Part shown: in pieces, positions 53,074-64,000 of the stretch
Numbering within the stretch: position 1 is the stretch's first letter
Layout: each line of letters starts with the position of its first letter
Assembly: GCF_006345805.1 (NCBI RefSeq)
Contig: NC_043009.1
Location: 46,562,001-46,626,000, forward strand
Source: Octopus sinensis
Taxonomy: Eukaryota
Direction of reading: 5' to 3'
Length of the DNA stretch: 64,000 nucleotides
The notes under the pieces: model-generated
Seen by the model: only the letters and a program-made list of their open reading frames with translations
Told to the model about the DNA's origin: nothing
Databases searched by the model: none
Translations under genes and position numbers: made by a program

Positions 53074-53656
53074 CTCTGGCTATTGCTCTGGCATGTAGAT
53101 GCTCACGACTGAGGATAGGCCAAATAGCTCCAATCTTGTCCTTTTACTTGTAAGAAGGTGGTAGGGGGTCGCTCCCCCTAATAACAATATATCGCATACA
53201 AAGGGTGCAGAGTCGCACAGATAGCCAGCTGGCGGAGGATCACCCTGCGGTTAAACTAGTAGTAACATTCAACAGCCACTTTGATGTGGCGACTGGCTTT
53301 ACTCTTTCGTATAATCACTACTCTATTTCTTCTTGAGATTTTAGAACTAGCTAATTTGCTTATTGCAAATCATTGACGGATGGTCACTTTGTTTACAATA
53401 TATTGTTAACGGACTCTAGCTATCACTCTGGCATGCAGGTGCTCGCGACTGAGGATAGGGCAAATAGCTCCAAACTGAGTCAGTCTCATGACCCTGTTAC
53501 CTCCTACGGGTTGGTAGGAGTTCGATTCACCTTCTAACCATACATTGGTTATAAAGGGTGCAGAGTTGTACCAATAACCAGCTAGCGAAGAATCTGCTTG
53601 CGGTTAAACTAGTAGTAACATTCAACAGCCACTTCGATGTGGTCACTAACTTTACT
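53074..53656. repeat. Diverged tandem dimer, 340-bp period
   Basis: Blocks ctctggcatg..gactgaggatagg.caaatagctccaa, aaagggtgcagag and gcggttaaactagtagtaacattcaacagccactt.gatgtgg recur at 53074-53303 and 53414-53656. Confidence 0.85.
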
Positions 53657-53936
53657 ATATATATGTATATATATTGAGGTGTGTTCTGTTAAGTTTCAAA
53701 GAAGAAGCCATGGATGTTGTAGCATGGAAATCTAAATTTACTTACGGAGACAGCAACTGAGTATCGCCTGAGAAGATACATATAGATCATCTTATTCAGG
53801 TAAATCGTTACATAATTTAATTAAAACTCAACTTTAAATCCTGTATATACGAGGATCTGTATGCATCGAAACAATTGTAGCGATTAAAAAGCTGCCTAAC
53901 CGTACTTGCTCTTCCTTTTGACTCTTACTTTTGCTT

Positions 53937-53997
<61 letters not shown>

Positions 53998-55401
53998 ATA
54001 TACATATACATATACACGTGCGTGCATGTACGCATACACACACGCACACACACACATATATGAAAAAAACAAAACTTAGAAATTGAGATATAAACATCAT
54101 TTTATTAGAACATATTCAATTCCAAACAAAAACAAACTCTTAACAGTGTGTGTGTGTGTGTGTGTCTGTCTGTCTGTTAGTCTGTCTGTCTGTCAGTCTG
54201 TCTGTCTGTCTGTCTGTCTGTGTTTGTGTGTGTTGTTCGATTTGAATTTGGTTTGCAAATTTCTTTATGCGAATAGATGTTGAAACAAATTTTGTCGCTG
54301 TTTTTTTGGAGAGGACTTAAGCCAAAAAATAAAACTAATAATAATAATAATTCAAGCACAGATTCAATTCCACTTTTTCATTGCAAGGTTAGATATCTAA
54401 GTAATCGATAGTTTGTTTAATTTGCTGGTTATTAATTAATATATCTATTTATTTATTTATTTAGTTTGTTTGTCAGTTCTTTGGTTGCACTTCGCAAACT
54501 TTTCAGTGACCGTGACTTCACAACTCATTTCGAAGGCTTTTTATCGCCCGTCGGACAACTGGTCTGTGTCTGAGTGTATGAATGCCTGCATGTGAGTGTG
54601 TGGGTATGGCTTGTTTAGAAGAGGGGGTGTAAAGGTGGTAATATTTAGAAAAAAATTTTTTCTGTAGGTGTGTAAGTGTGCGCGCACCCACGTGTGTGGT
54701 TGGTGTGTGTATGTTAGCGTGACTGCTTGTGTGTGTATCCGTGTATCGTGGGTGTGCGTGTGCAATTGTCATGCGTAAGCTCTTTTGTCTTTCCTTTTCG
54801 TCACGTCCGCTTATGGGTTTATGATGTAGGGTGTGGGTGCGTGTAGGGTGTGTGATGTATTCCTTTCCTGTGGGGAATGAAGGTGGGAGGAGAGACTACG
54901 TTAGATGCGTGTAGGTATGTCGCTGCGTACGTGTGTTTGTATGTGCATATGTATGTGCGTATATATTTCTTTACTACCATTTCTTTACTAACATTTCTGC
55001 CAGCTCGCCGCCTTATGTATGTGCGTATATGTGTGAGTGTTCTGTGTGTTCCTGCATCTCCGTGTGTGTTTGCGTGCCTGTGCGCGCGTGTTTCTGTTCC
55101 TGTACGTGAGCGCGTGTGCATGCGCGTGTGTTTGTATCTGTAAGCACATACACGCGCAGTGTGTGTGCCTGGGCATGCATGTGAGTGCGCGCGCGTAAGC
55201 TTACGTATGTCTCTATATGTGTGTTCGTGCGTATGCCAGATGTTTGAGTGTGGGTGTGTGTATAGTTATATGCTCTTCTGTCCCTGTGTGCGTGTTTATG
55301 TGAGTGTGTGTGTGCCTGCTTGCCCGTATGTACACGTGGGGGGTGGATGTGAAAGGTAAATTGTAAAGGTAAAACCAAAATCTTCAAAAAGTAGAAAAGA
55401 A

Positions 55402-55710
55402 TTGAAAGTTATTGCCCATATGAATTGCGAAACAGAACATCTAAGTTTCTGTATCACATATCCACAATGCAATACAATCCTTTTGGGACACACAACACCA
55501 CAACTAATTGAATCGTGTAAGAAGCATAAGCAACAAATCAAAGTAAACATCTGTGCAAATGGAAACATTTGTGCAAATGGAAAGTTCAAAATTTTCACTT
55601 TACCTCAAAATATTATTACAAAAGATAAAAGAAAAATACTCAATAAGAATTCTAAAGCCGAAACGAAACTACTCCTTCTAACTGGATTTCCTTACAAAGC
55701 ATGTATTTGA
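55402..55710 (+). pseudogene. Penelope (Neptune-type) GIY-YIG endonuclease fragment
   Basis: NCETEHLSFCITYPQCNTILLGHTT..SCKKHKQQIK..ICANGKFKIF matches the C..NLIYCI.C..C...YIG.T..R...H pattern; contains an 18-bp internal duplication. Confidence 0.65.
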
Positions 55711-55843
55711 AAAGATTAAGGCAGCGATAATCATTTACACAAAAAACATCCTTCTATAATGCCTGTTGAATCTTTTTAATCATCTTTATTTCGAGAACAT
55801 TTTTTTCGCATAACGTGACAACTTATGTATATATAAATATGTA

Positions 55844-55912
<69 letters not shown>

Positions 55913-56704
55913 AAAATATCTGACAATTATTCGGTAGCCATGATAAAACTCTGAGTTTCGGATGTCGGGGCGGAAATCCACGCCGGTATCTCTTCAGTTA
56001 TCAAGCCATCGAAAAAAATGTTATGAAAATGATCGTTAAACAAAGGGAAATTACTGTGTGATTGACCGTTATTAAGACAAAAGACCTATTGGTATGACCT
56101 CTAAGTAAGGGGAGGGAGTAAAGGCAAGGGAATAAAAGTGTTCATAGTAATCGCGTAAGCGCACATGTCCTTTCATACACATGCGCGCCCGCACACTCAG
56201 TTATATGCGCCTATATGTATATACTCATCCACCCTCACTTGAAACATACATATGCTCACCCACACATTCGCCAAAAAATATATATACATACCCGCATACA
56301 CGCTCGCGCACACACACACACACACATATACAAACGCTCGCGCACACAAAAAAGATTCATACACACGTCTATATACGCACATGCACAAGAAAAAACAGGG
56401 CTAAAGGTGAAATACAGAATACAAAATGTGTAAAAAGGGTGTAAAAAGTAAGCAATAAAATACGTCTATATACGCACATACTCGCATGCACGCACAGATA
56501 CGTCTAATATACACACACACACGCGCACAAAATAAAGTTCATACACACGTCTAGATTTGTGTCTGCGTGCATGCGATATGTGCGTATATAGAGGTGTTTT
56601 ATTGCTTCTTTTAAAACTTTTTTCACACGTATATTTACAGATAAATTCCTCTATTTACATAATATCGAGGTCTCTTCATTCTTTTGTTGTCTTGCCATTT
56701 CTAT

Positions 56705-56764
<60 letters not shown>

Positions 56765-56770
56765 TATATA

Positions 56771-57316
56771 TCTAATGTAGGATAAAAGTTTTTCGAAAAA
56801 AATTTTATCAATGCCCAGCATATTAAAAAATACCTTTAAAGGTTAAATTTATAAATAACTTATAAAATAAGGGCAAAAGAAAAATTCTAATGCCAAATAT
56901 GCCATACATTGATGAAATTTTTTTCGAAAAAGTTTTATCCTACATTAGATGTACATTAGAATGTGTTCACTTCCGGACTCTCTCACTCTGTGAAAGTTTC
57001 TAGTTCGAATCACACGTGTCTCGAGATGTGCTGAAGATTTTCTATTTTGGATATATTTGGGGTACTTAGGTCTGCTCAGGACTTAGTGCTTGCTTTTTCC
57101 ATTTGTATGAGTAAGTATTTCATTTATGTCTTACGTATTTATCGCTGAGGAGGGGAAAATTCTTATGAATTAACTCTGAAATTGGGACCAATACGGTAAT
57201 GACGGAATTTTTTAGAAATTTCTATCGGCTTGTTTCGAGACGCATAAATTATAATGGTTATCGACAATTTGTCTTTTTTCGGCATAATTGGCATTATAAT
57301 TTTTCTTTTGCCCTTA

Positions 57317-57330
<14 letters not shown>
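56771..57330. repeat. Interlocking inverted repeats between two (TA)n tracts
   Basis: 56771-56813 is inverted with 56907-56950; 56861-56903 is inverted with about 57286-57330. Confidence 0.75.
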
Positions 57331-57370
<40 letters not shown>

Positions 57371-57540
57371 TACATTCTAGCCTATCGGGCGGCTTTTAAG
57401 CTAGTATTTAGCTCTTAAGCATGTGACCCCGAATGCAAAGACCTGCAAATAGATTTCTGTCTTGTTTGGGAGAATTTGTTGCAATTGCTTCCTCCAGAAT
57501 CATATCCCAATGATAATCATATTCGTCGCAAAAAGTTATG

Positions 57541-57820
57541 TAAAAATATCGCCGAAAACAATCGCAGTAATGAAAATATAGGAATCCTAAACTTCGGGAC
57601 TGCAGGTGCAGATTCGGCCCAGAATATTTTTAGTTTACTCACGGAGTTAGCCTTTAGATTATAAAAATTGTTATCGTACAAAAAAAAATCATCGTAAAAA
57701 GTCACGTAAAAAAAATCGCCGATAACAATCACAGTAATGAAAACTTGGGAATCCAAAATTTCAGGATTGTGGGTTTGGATTCAGACCGAAATACTTTTAA
57801 TTTACTCACGGAGCCACTCT
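57541..57820. repeat. Two diverged approx. 170-bp-period direct repeats
   Basis: atcgccga.aacaatc.cagtaatgaaaa..tttactcacggag at 57547 and 57716. Confidence 0.7.
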
Positions 57821-57924
57821 GATTACAAAATGGTATATGTTGGCCTACGGCCTATAGGAGTAAATTTGAAAAAGTGTGACACACTGTTATTCACATTTAT
57901 TATATTATATTATTCTATTATATT

Positions 57925-58120
57925 AAGGTGGCGAGCTGGCAGAAACGCTAGCACGCCGGGTGAAATGCTTAACGTTCTGAGTTCAAATTCCACCGAGGTA
58001 GACATTACTTTTCATCCATTCGGGATCGATAAATTAAGTACCAGTTGCATACTGGGGTCGATCTAATCGACAGGTTCCCTCCCCCAAGACTTCGGGCTTT
58101 GTGCCTAGAGTAGAAAAGAA
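57925..58120 (+). mobile_element. SINE family 1, tail B, with a short deletion in the head
   Basis: aaggtggcgagctggcagaaacgctagcacgccgggtgaaatgctt|aacgttctgagttc..ttgtgcctagagtagaaaagaa. Confidence 0.85.
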
Positions 58121-58129
58121 CGTTATATT

Positions 58130-58522
58130 GAGGTGGCGAGCTGGCATAATCGTTAGCACGCCGGGCGAAATGCTTAGCGGTATTTCGTCTGCCGTTTCGT
58201 TCTGAGTTCAAATTCCGCCGAGGTCGACTTTGCCTTTCATAATTTCGGGGTCGATTAAATAAGTACCAGTAACGCACTGGGGTCGATGTAATCGACTTAA
58301 TCCGTTTGTCTGTCCTTGTTTGTCCCTCTGTGTTTAGCCCATTGTGGGTAGTAAAGAAATAGGTATTTCGTCTGCCGTTAGGTTTTGAATTCGAATTCCG
58401 CCAAGGTCGACTTTGCCTTTCATCCTTTCGGGGTCGATAAAATTAGTACCAGTGCTGGGGTCGATGTAATCGACTGAATCCCTTCCACCAAAACTTGAGG
58501 TCTTCCAGTAGAAAGGATTATT
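58130..58522 (+). mobile_element. Compound SINE family 1: head, body, tail A, headless body, tail B
   Basis: Junction gtaaagaaata|ggtatttcg at 58361/58362, the same as at 41019/41018. Confidence 0.88.
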
Positions 58523-58623
58523 AAATTTGAAAAAGTGTGACAAGCTGACATTCATATTTATTATATTAGATGTGTTTGATTTAGGGGAAACTTTATTTCA
58601 ATTAAAGTGTATTTCATATATAC

Positions 58624-58657
<34 letters not shown>

Positions 58658-58809
58658 ATTAAAGAAAGAAAAAATAAAACAAAAATTATAAAAGCAAGCG
58701 GCTAAATGCGTGTGAAAGAATTGAGTGTTCAGTATGTTGGCCACATGAATTTCTGTCAAAGAGATATGGTTAAACAAAGTAATACCTCATCTCCCTCTTT
58801 TTCTTACAT

Positions 58810-58846
<37 letters not shown>

Positions 58847-59659
58847 TATTATTACTCCCACTGTCACCATGAACACTATACTTTTATCAACTCTCCCTAA
58901 ATTTCTTTCTCTACCTCTGTTTTTCTTACTCACTCTTTCTGTCTGTCTCTCTCTCTCCCTCTCTCTCTCTCCCTCTCTCTCTCTCTCTTCTGTCTTCGCC
59001 ACAACCCTCACGGTCCCTATGCTTACTATTACTCCCACCCCAGCATGAGGAATGGTAAGAGTATCATTGAACAGTGAAAGGGGGGGTGTTAAAGTGTGAC
59101 ACACTGACATGCAAATTAGTTTTCGCCTTTATAAATTATATATATATATATCTATATATATATATATGAAAGTCAAGGAGGGAGAGAAGTCAGACTCGTT
59201 TATAGTCCTCCTAGTATGGCCAATGCATATTCAAATTGGGAATACAATCAAATATATTCATATATATTTATTTTTATTAAAATTCCATGGTTGGGCGAGC
59301 ACAATATATGTACAGGAAATGACATCAGATAAAATAAATTAAATTAAAATCATGAGAAGGTGAGACGTTTAAAAGATTTACAATAGTCTTCGCATGATGT
59401 AAAATTAAATAGAGTAATGTGATTTAAAACTGTCCTCGAATGAAATAAAAATAAAGCATTTTACCAATGAAATAAATATATAATGAAGTGAGATATCTTA
59501 TGATTGTTTCAGAGAAAACGCAAAGCAAAACTAATTCTTTCGACTTTAGTGGCCGTATTTCTTTCATCAGAGATAGGAATTTTAGAGTTTAGGTTTTTTA
59601 AAAGTTTAAGTTTTTTAAAAATGAGTTTTATAGATGGGTGGACGGATGGATGAATGGAT

Positions 59660-59849
<190 letters not shown>

Positions 59850-60205
59850 CTTTCTTTTATTAGCCACACAGGGCTGAATACAGAGGGGACAAATACAAAT
59901 GAAGAGCTTTTCTTTTCGAGGGTGGAAAAAAATAGAAATGTAAGATTGCGATCAAAAGGGATCGAGGGGAGGAAAAAAAGGAAAAAAAAGAAAATCGTGT
60001 ATCACAGAAATAATGGTGTAAACATTGATATAACAAGATTGGGTTCATCCGTGGGAAGAAAAGCCTACAGAAAAGACCACGGGAACCCCAGTCAGGGAGG
60101 AAATAAACACATGAGGTCAAAAATGCTCTCTTTCTTTCTTTTTTACGATCTACAGGATCATGCTCAAAAAGGTTTCGTTACTAGCACGCACCATCTTTGC
60201 AACAT

Positions 60206-63200
60206 TCACCCATCTTTTTTGAATCTTTCGCGAGACAAAACTTCCCTCTCCATTCTCACCTTCCTTTTCAAGTGGTACTTGAAAAAGTTGATGAGCGATT
60301 GGCCAGAGAGGTAAGTGTTTGTCTCTAATCCTTTCGCTCGAGTCCACCACACACATTCTTTCACCATGGCCACCAGTACGATGAAAACTGCCTTGCCTTC
60401 CCGGTTGAGGGAAGGGGGCGGAGCAATTCTCACGATAGACTCGGCCGATAGGCGGATTCGTCCCACACGTGACAGCAGCCGTTCGGCATAAGCCCACAGG
60501 TCGGAAATGGTTGGACATTGCACGAGTGCGTGCAGAACGGTTTCGTCGCTCTGACCGCATCTCGGGCAAGTCGGTCCAGTGTGTCTGGAACCGTGTCTGT
60601 AGAGCTTATCCCGAACAGGTAATGCTTCTCGATAGCACTGCCAGGCCAGGGATCTTTGGTGATTGTTCATAGGTCCCGGCCCGAAAGTTGTCCTGAACAG
60701 GCGGGTCAGGTGTTCCTCGTCGACGCCCAGACTCTGCCCGAGTTCGTCGTCGCACCTCCCCTCCACTAATCCTCTATAGAATGCCTTTGTTGTGATGGAG
60801 TCGCACAAGTTCGATCCCGGACGGCAGAGTTGCTTGAGAGCAACGCGACACTCGCGGTGCCATTCGCCTAGCCTCGGTCTCTGCTTGATCCATGACTGTA
60901 GTTCGTCCAAGGAGACGAGCTGCGGGAAAGCGCGCCGCACAAAAGGCGACCACCCCTGTTCACCGTTGTCTATGAAGCGCCGGAGATGTCGCAGTCTCAG
61001 CGCATGTCTGCGCATCATCAACCACGGCATGCCCAGCCCTCCATTTAGCGGGTGTTGGCAGCAAATGGATCGCCTAACCATCGGAACGTTTCCCTTCCAC
61101 AAGAAGCGGAAGAGTATGCGTTCCAGTTTGGTGATGGTAGGGTCGGGACAAGGCACGACGGTCAGACGATACTCGATGACGGATGCGATGTACGCGTTCG
61201 CCACCTCCGCCCGACCTTTTAGGGATAGCTTTCTCTCAGTCCATTTCTGGGTGAGAGTAGCCACCCTAGTCGTTATCTCGCCCCAGTTCTTCTCCATTTG
61301 GAGGTCCGGACCGAACCAGACCCCGAGCAATTTAACCGGTCCGTCCGTCCAGCGTCCCACGATGGAGACGCTGTTGGACGGCATGGGCTTGCTTCTCCAG
61401 GTGCCGAGCCGCAAGCCCACTGACTTTTCCCGGTTAATTTTTGCTCCCGTTACCGCTTCGTATTCTTTCTGTGTCTCGCCGACCAGCTCGATGTGCTCGT
61501 AGCTCGACACTATGACGGTGACGTCATCCGCGTATGCAGACACGCTCCTCCCGCATCCCAGCTCTCGTGGGATGCCCCTCAGCGTCGCCAGTTTCCGCAG
61601 TAGTGGCTCAAGAGTCAGTACATACAGCAGCGATGAGAGGGGGCATCCCTGACGAACCGAACGCATGATGTTAAAGGTCTGGATAGATGACCATTTACGC
61701 GAACTACTGAGCGGATGCCGCTGTATAAGGCAGCGATCCAACCGCGGAAAACTGGACCGAAACCAGCCGCTTTGAGGACAGCCTCCAAGTAGTGATGGTC
61801 TACCCTATCGAAGGCTTTTGATTGATCCAAATTGATCAGCGCCCCACCCATGCCAGGATTTTTAACTACCCTGTCTATGATGTAGCGCATCAGATGGAGG
61901 TTGTCATGAATACTTCTACCCGGCACGGCGCATGTTTGCGCCTTGTCGATTAGTTTCTTGATGACAAGCGCCAACCTCTCGGCTAACACCTTGGCCAAAA
62001 TTTTCAAATCTGCGTTGAGCAGAGTGATGGGCCTGAAATTATCTATGACGTCCCCCTTGTTTGGGTCTTTCTTGATCAGTGCCACTGCTCCTCGCTTTAC
62101 AAAAGCAGGAATACTCCCGTTCTGCTGCCAGTTGCAGTAGACAGCTGCCAAGACGCCTCCAAACAAGTCTGGCATATGAAAATAAAATTCGTAGGGCAGA
62201 CCATCCAAGCCTGGTGACTTGTCTCTCGCGCAGCCTACCATCGCATCCTGTACATCCGCAGCTGTGATAGGCTTTTCACAAGACTCCACCTCCCTTGCTG
62301 AGAGTCGTGGCAAGGCATGCAGGTAGGCACTAAAGTCCACTCTGCTTTCTGACTCACCACTTGTCCCAAACAGTTGGGTGAAGTGTTGTTGAAAAAAACC
62401 CCACACATCCTTTTAGGCTCGAGCAATTCGCGCCCCTGTTCATCTATAAGAGACTTGATGGTGGCTCTGTTGCCTCGTTGCGTCTCCACCACTCGGGCCT
62501 CTTGGGCGGCTCCAACTCCTTCGTTCCTCAGAGCACGCATCCTAGCTCTGACAACGCATCCCTCGTGTTTGGCGTTGAGGTGTTGGTCGAGGGCCAATCT
62601 CGCCGCCAGTACGTTGGACGCGATGCCAGTTCTAAGTGCCTCTTCTAAAACCTTAACTAATTCTCCCTCTATTCTATTTCGGTCTAATGCTAAGGCTCTA
62701 CTGTATCTGACTGATTCTGCTTTAATCGCTTTTTTTAGGGCATACCACCATCTGTTGTTGATGATGGTACCCGTCAAAGCTCTTTTAACTAATGTGCTGA
62801 TCCGGTCCCTGTAAACCTGTCGTGCTGTAAAAGACGCGTTCAGTTTCCAGTAACCAGGACCCTGCCTATGTGTCTTATCTAAGTCAAGTGTACAAGTCAC
62901 AAACTTGTGATCTGTGTAACTGACTATATGAAATTGTGGACAACCTACACTATTTTTATCTATTGTCCTACAGAATACTCTGTCTAAGTATGATCTGGAC
63001 GACCCGATGCGGTTACTCCATGTCCACATTGGCACATTCGGGTGGTCCAGTCGGTACCTGTCAGACAGTTGGAAACGTCTGAGCAGGTCTTTGAGGCATT
63101 TGCATCCCCTTCTATTGCTATCTCTGCCCACGTAGTCTAGATGCGTGTCCAGGGTGGCATTCCAATCCCCCACTAAAAGTAAAGGACGAGACGTTCCCAT

Positions 63201-63586
63201 GAAAGACTCTAGACGTCGAAAGAAATCTGGTCGGCCTGTTAAGGACGGAGCATAAACTGCTATCAGTCGAAAAGCACACTCATTGCTGCCATCGACATCC
63301 AAAACGACCAGCCTACCCTCCGGTCTAGGAAATTTGCTCTTACTTTGAGATCCAGACTCTTCCGGATAAGCACCGCGGTGCCACCTCCGCCCATTCTCGG
63401 TAGACACGGAGAAAAATAAATGTTGAAATGTGTACCGAAAATGTGCTGGAGTGCCCGCAAGCTGTGGAGTCTGGTCTCACTGATGGCTATGATATTCAGA
63501 TTTAGTGACTTGATGTCATTTAACAGGTAGCCTTGTTTCCAAGGCGACCCCAAGCCACGTACATTTATACTACCTATTCTGAGCAT
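60206..63586 (-). pseudogene. ORF2: APE endonuclease, reverse transcriptase and C-terminal zinc finger (approx. 1130 aa, three frameshifts)
   Basis: GSINVRGL, ISETRL, IAVYAP, LVGDWN, SYLDRVF, YTDHK (APE); KSPGLDG, FRPITLLN, LDQSKAFDRV, RQGCPLS, AYADD (RT); CPRCGQSDETVLHALVQC. No in-frame stops within the four overlapping ORF segments. Confidence 0.9.
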
Positions 63587-63686
63587 GTTCCGATAAAAGT
63601 GCAAAAAAGGAAAAGGAGAGAGAAAAGGTTACTTGTTTTTCGAAAGTTCTTTGTCTTTCACCTCACGGTCTTCTTCTATGAGGCTT

Positions 63687-63998
63687 TTATACAGTTTTTT
63701 TCGATGAGTACTTTTGAAATCTCCCTACTGCATCAGGGTAAAGAGATTTCAGGGTGCTGTATGTGTTCTGTGTCACGTGTATTATTTTAATGTGTTGTGG
63801 TGGTGTTGTATGTGGGTGGTTACTTGTTTTTATGTCGTTTTCAGTAATGTTAGTGTTTGACCTAATGTGTTCCATTAGGTCGTGGTTGTTTGTGTTTATG
63901 GCTGTCAACATTTTTGGGGGGTTTGATGATGGTGTGTTTTGTGTTGATGTGTGTTTTTCTGTGGATGTTTTTGTTTCGGGAGTGGTGTATCTTCCCGC
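63687..63998 (-). CDS. Probable C-terminal part of Tx1 ORF1 (partial)
   Basis: Frame is open from the window edge, T/N/P/H-rich, and ends 100 bp upstream of the ORF2 start. Confidence 0.5.
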   Translation of the reverse strand, partial: AGRYTTPETKTSTEKHTSTQNTPSSNPPKMLTAINTNNHDLMEHIRSNTNITENDIKTSNHPHTTPPQHIKIIHVTQNTYSTLKSLYPDAVGRFQKYSSKKTV

Positions 63999-64000
63999 TT

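Larger units (their letters stand above)
59851..64000 (-). mobile_element. Tx1/L1-clade LINE, long young-looking copy running off the window
   Basis: ORF1 C-terminus (63687-63998), ORF2 from ATG 63586 to stop 60206, and a 355-nt 3' UTR ending AGCCCTGTGTGGCTAATAAAAGAAA. Confidence 0.93.

Noticed and set aside
60792-62814. Plus-strand ORFs (236 aa and 146 aa) opposite Tx1 ORF2
   Set aside because: Antisense shadows of a GC-richer coding region.

Overview
AT-rich, microsatellite-dense eukaryotic DNA made almost entirely of transposable-element relics. The SINE families, Penelope pieces and repeat mix look cephalopod (Octopus-like); this is inference from pattern recall, not a database match. 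No confident host gene, rRNA, tRNA or CRISPR array was found, and only two weak candidate exons. Contents: three Ty3/Gypsy relics; an 11-kb nest of R4/Dong-type RLE LINEs, Tx1/L1 fragments and non-coding repeats separated by (AAT)n; a near-intact Tx1/L1-clade LINE (59851 to the window end); Penelope-like fragments with minimal hammerhead ribozyme motifs; Tc1, mariner, Merlin and Helitron-like remnants; and two tRNA-headed SINE families. The main observation is a possible parasite guild built on one 3' terminus. ORF1-only (HAL1-like) elements encoding a 460-aa CCHC zinc-knuckle protein (a tandem pair at 13701-17057 and a divergent relative at about 17300-18570), one SINE subfamily and the Tx1 LINEs all end in the same approx. 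40-nt module (small stem-loop, then AATAAAGAAA). Two compound SINEs share an identical internal junction at this module. A Penelope terminal repeat also carries a tRNA-like A/B-box segment upstream of its hammerhead. All alignments, identities and folds were done by eye and need computational confirmation; many boundaries are approximate.
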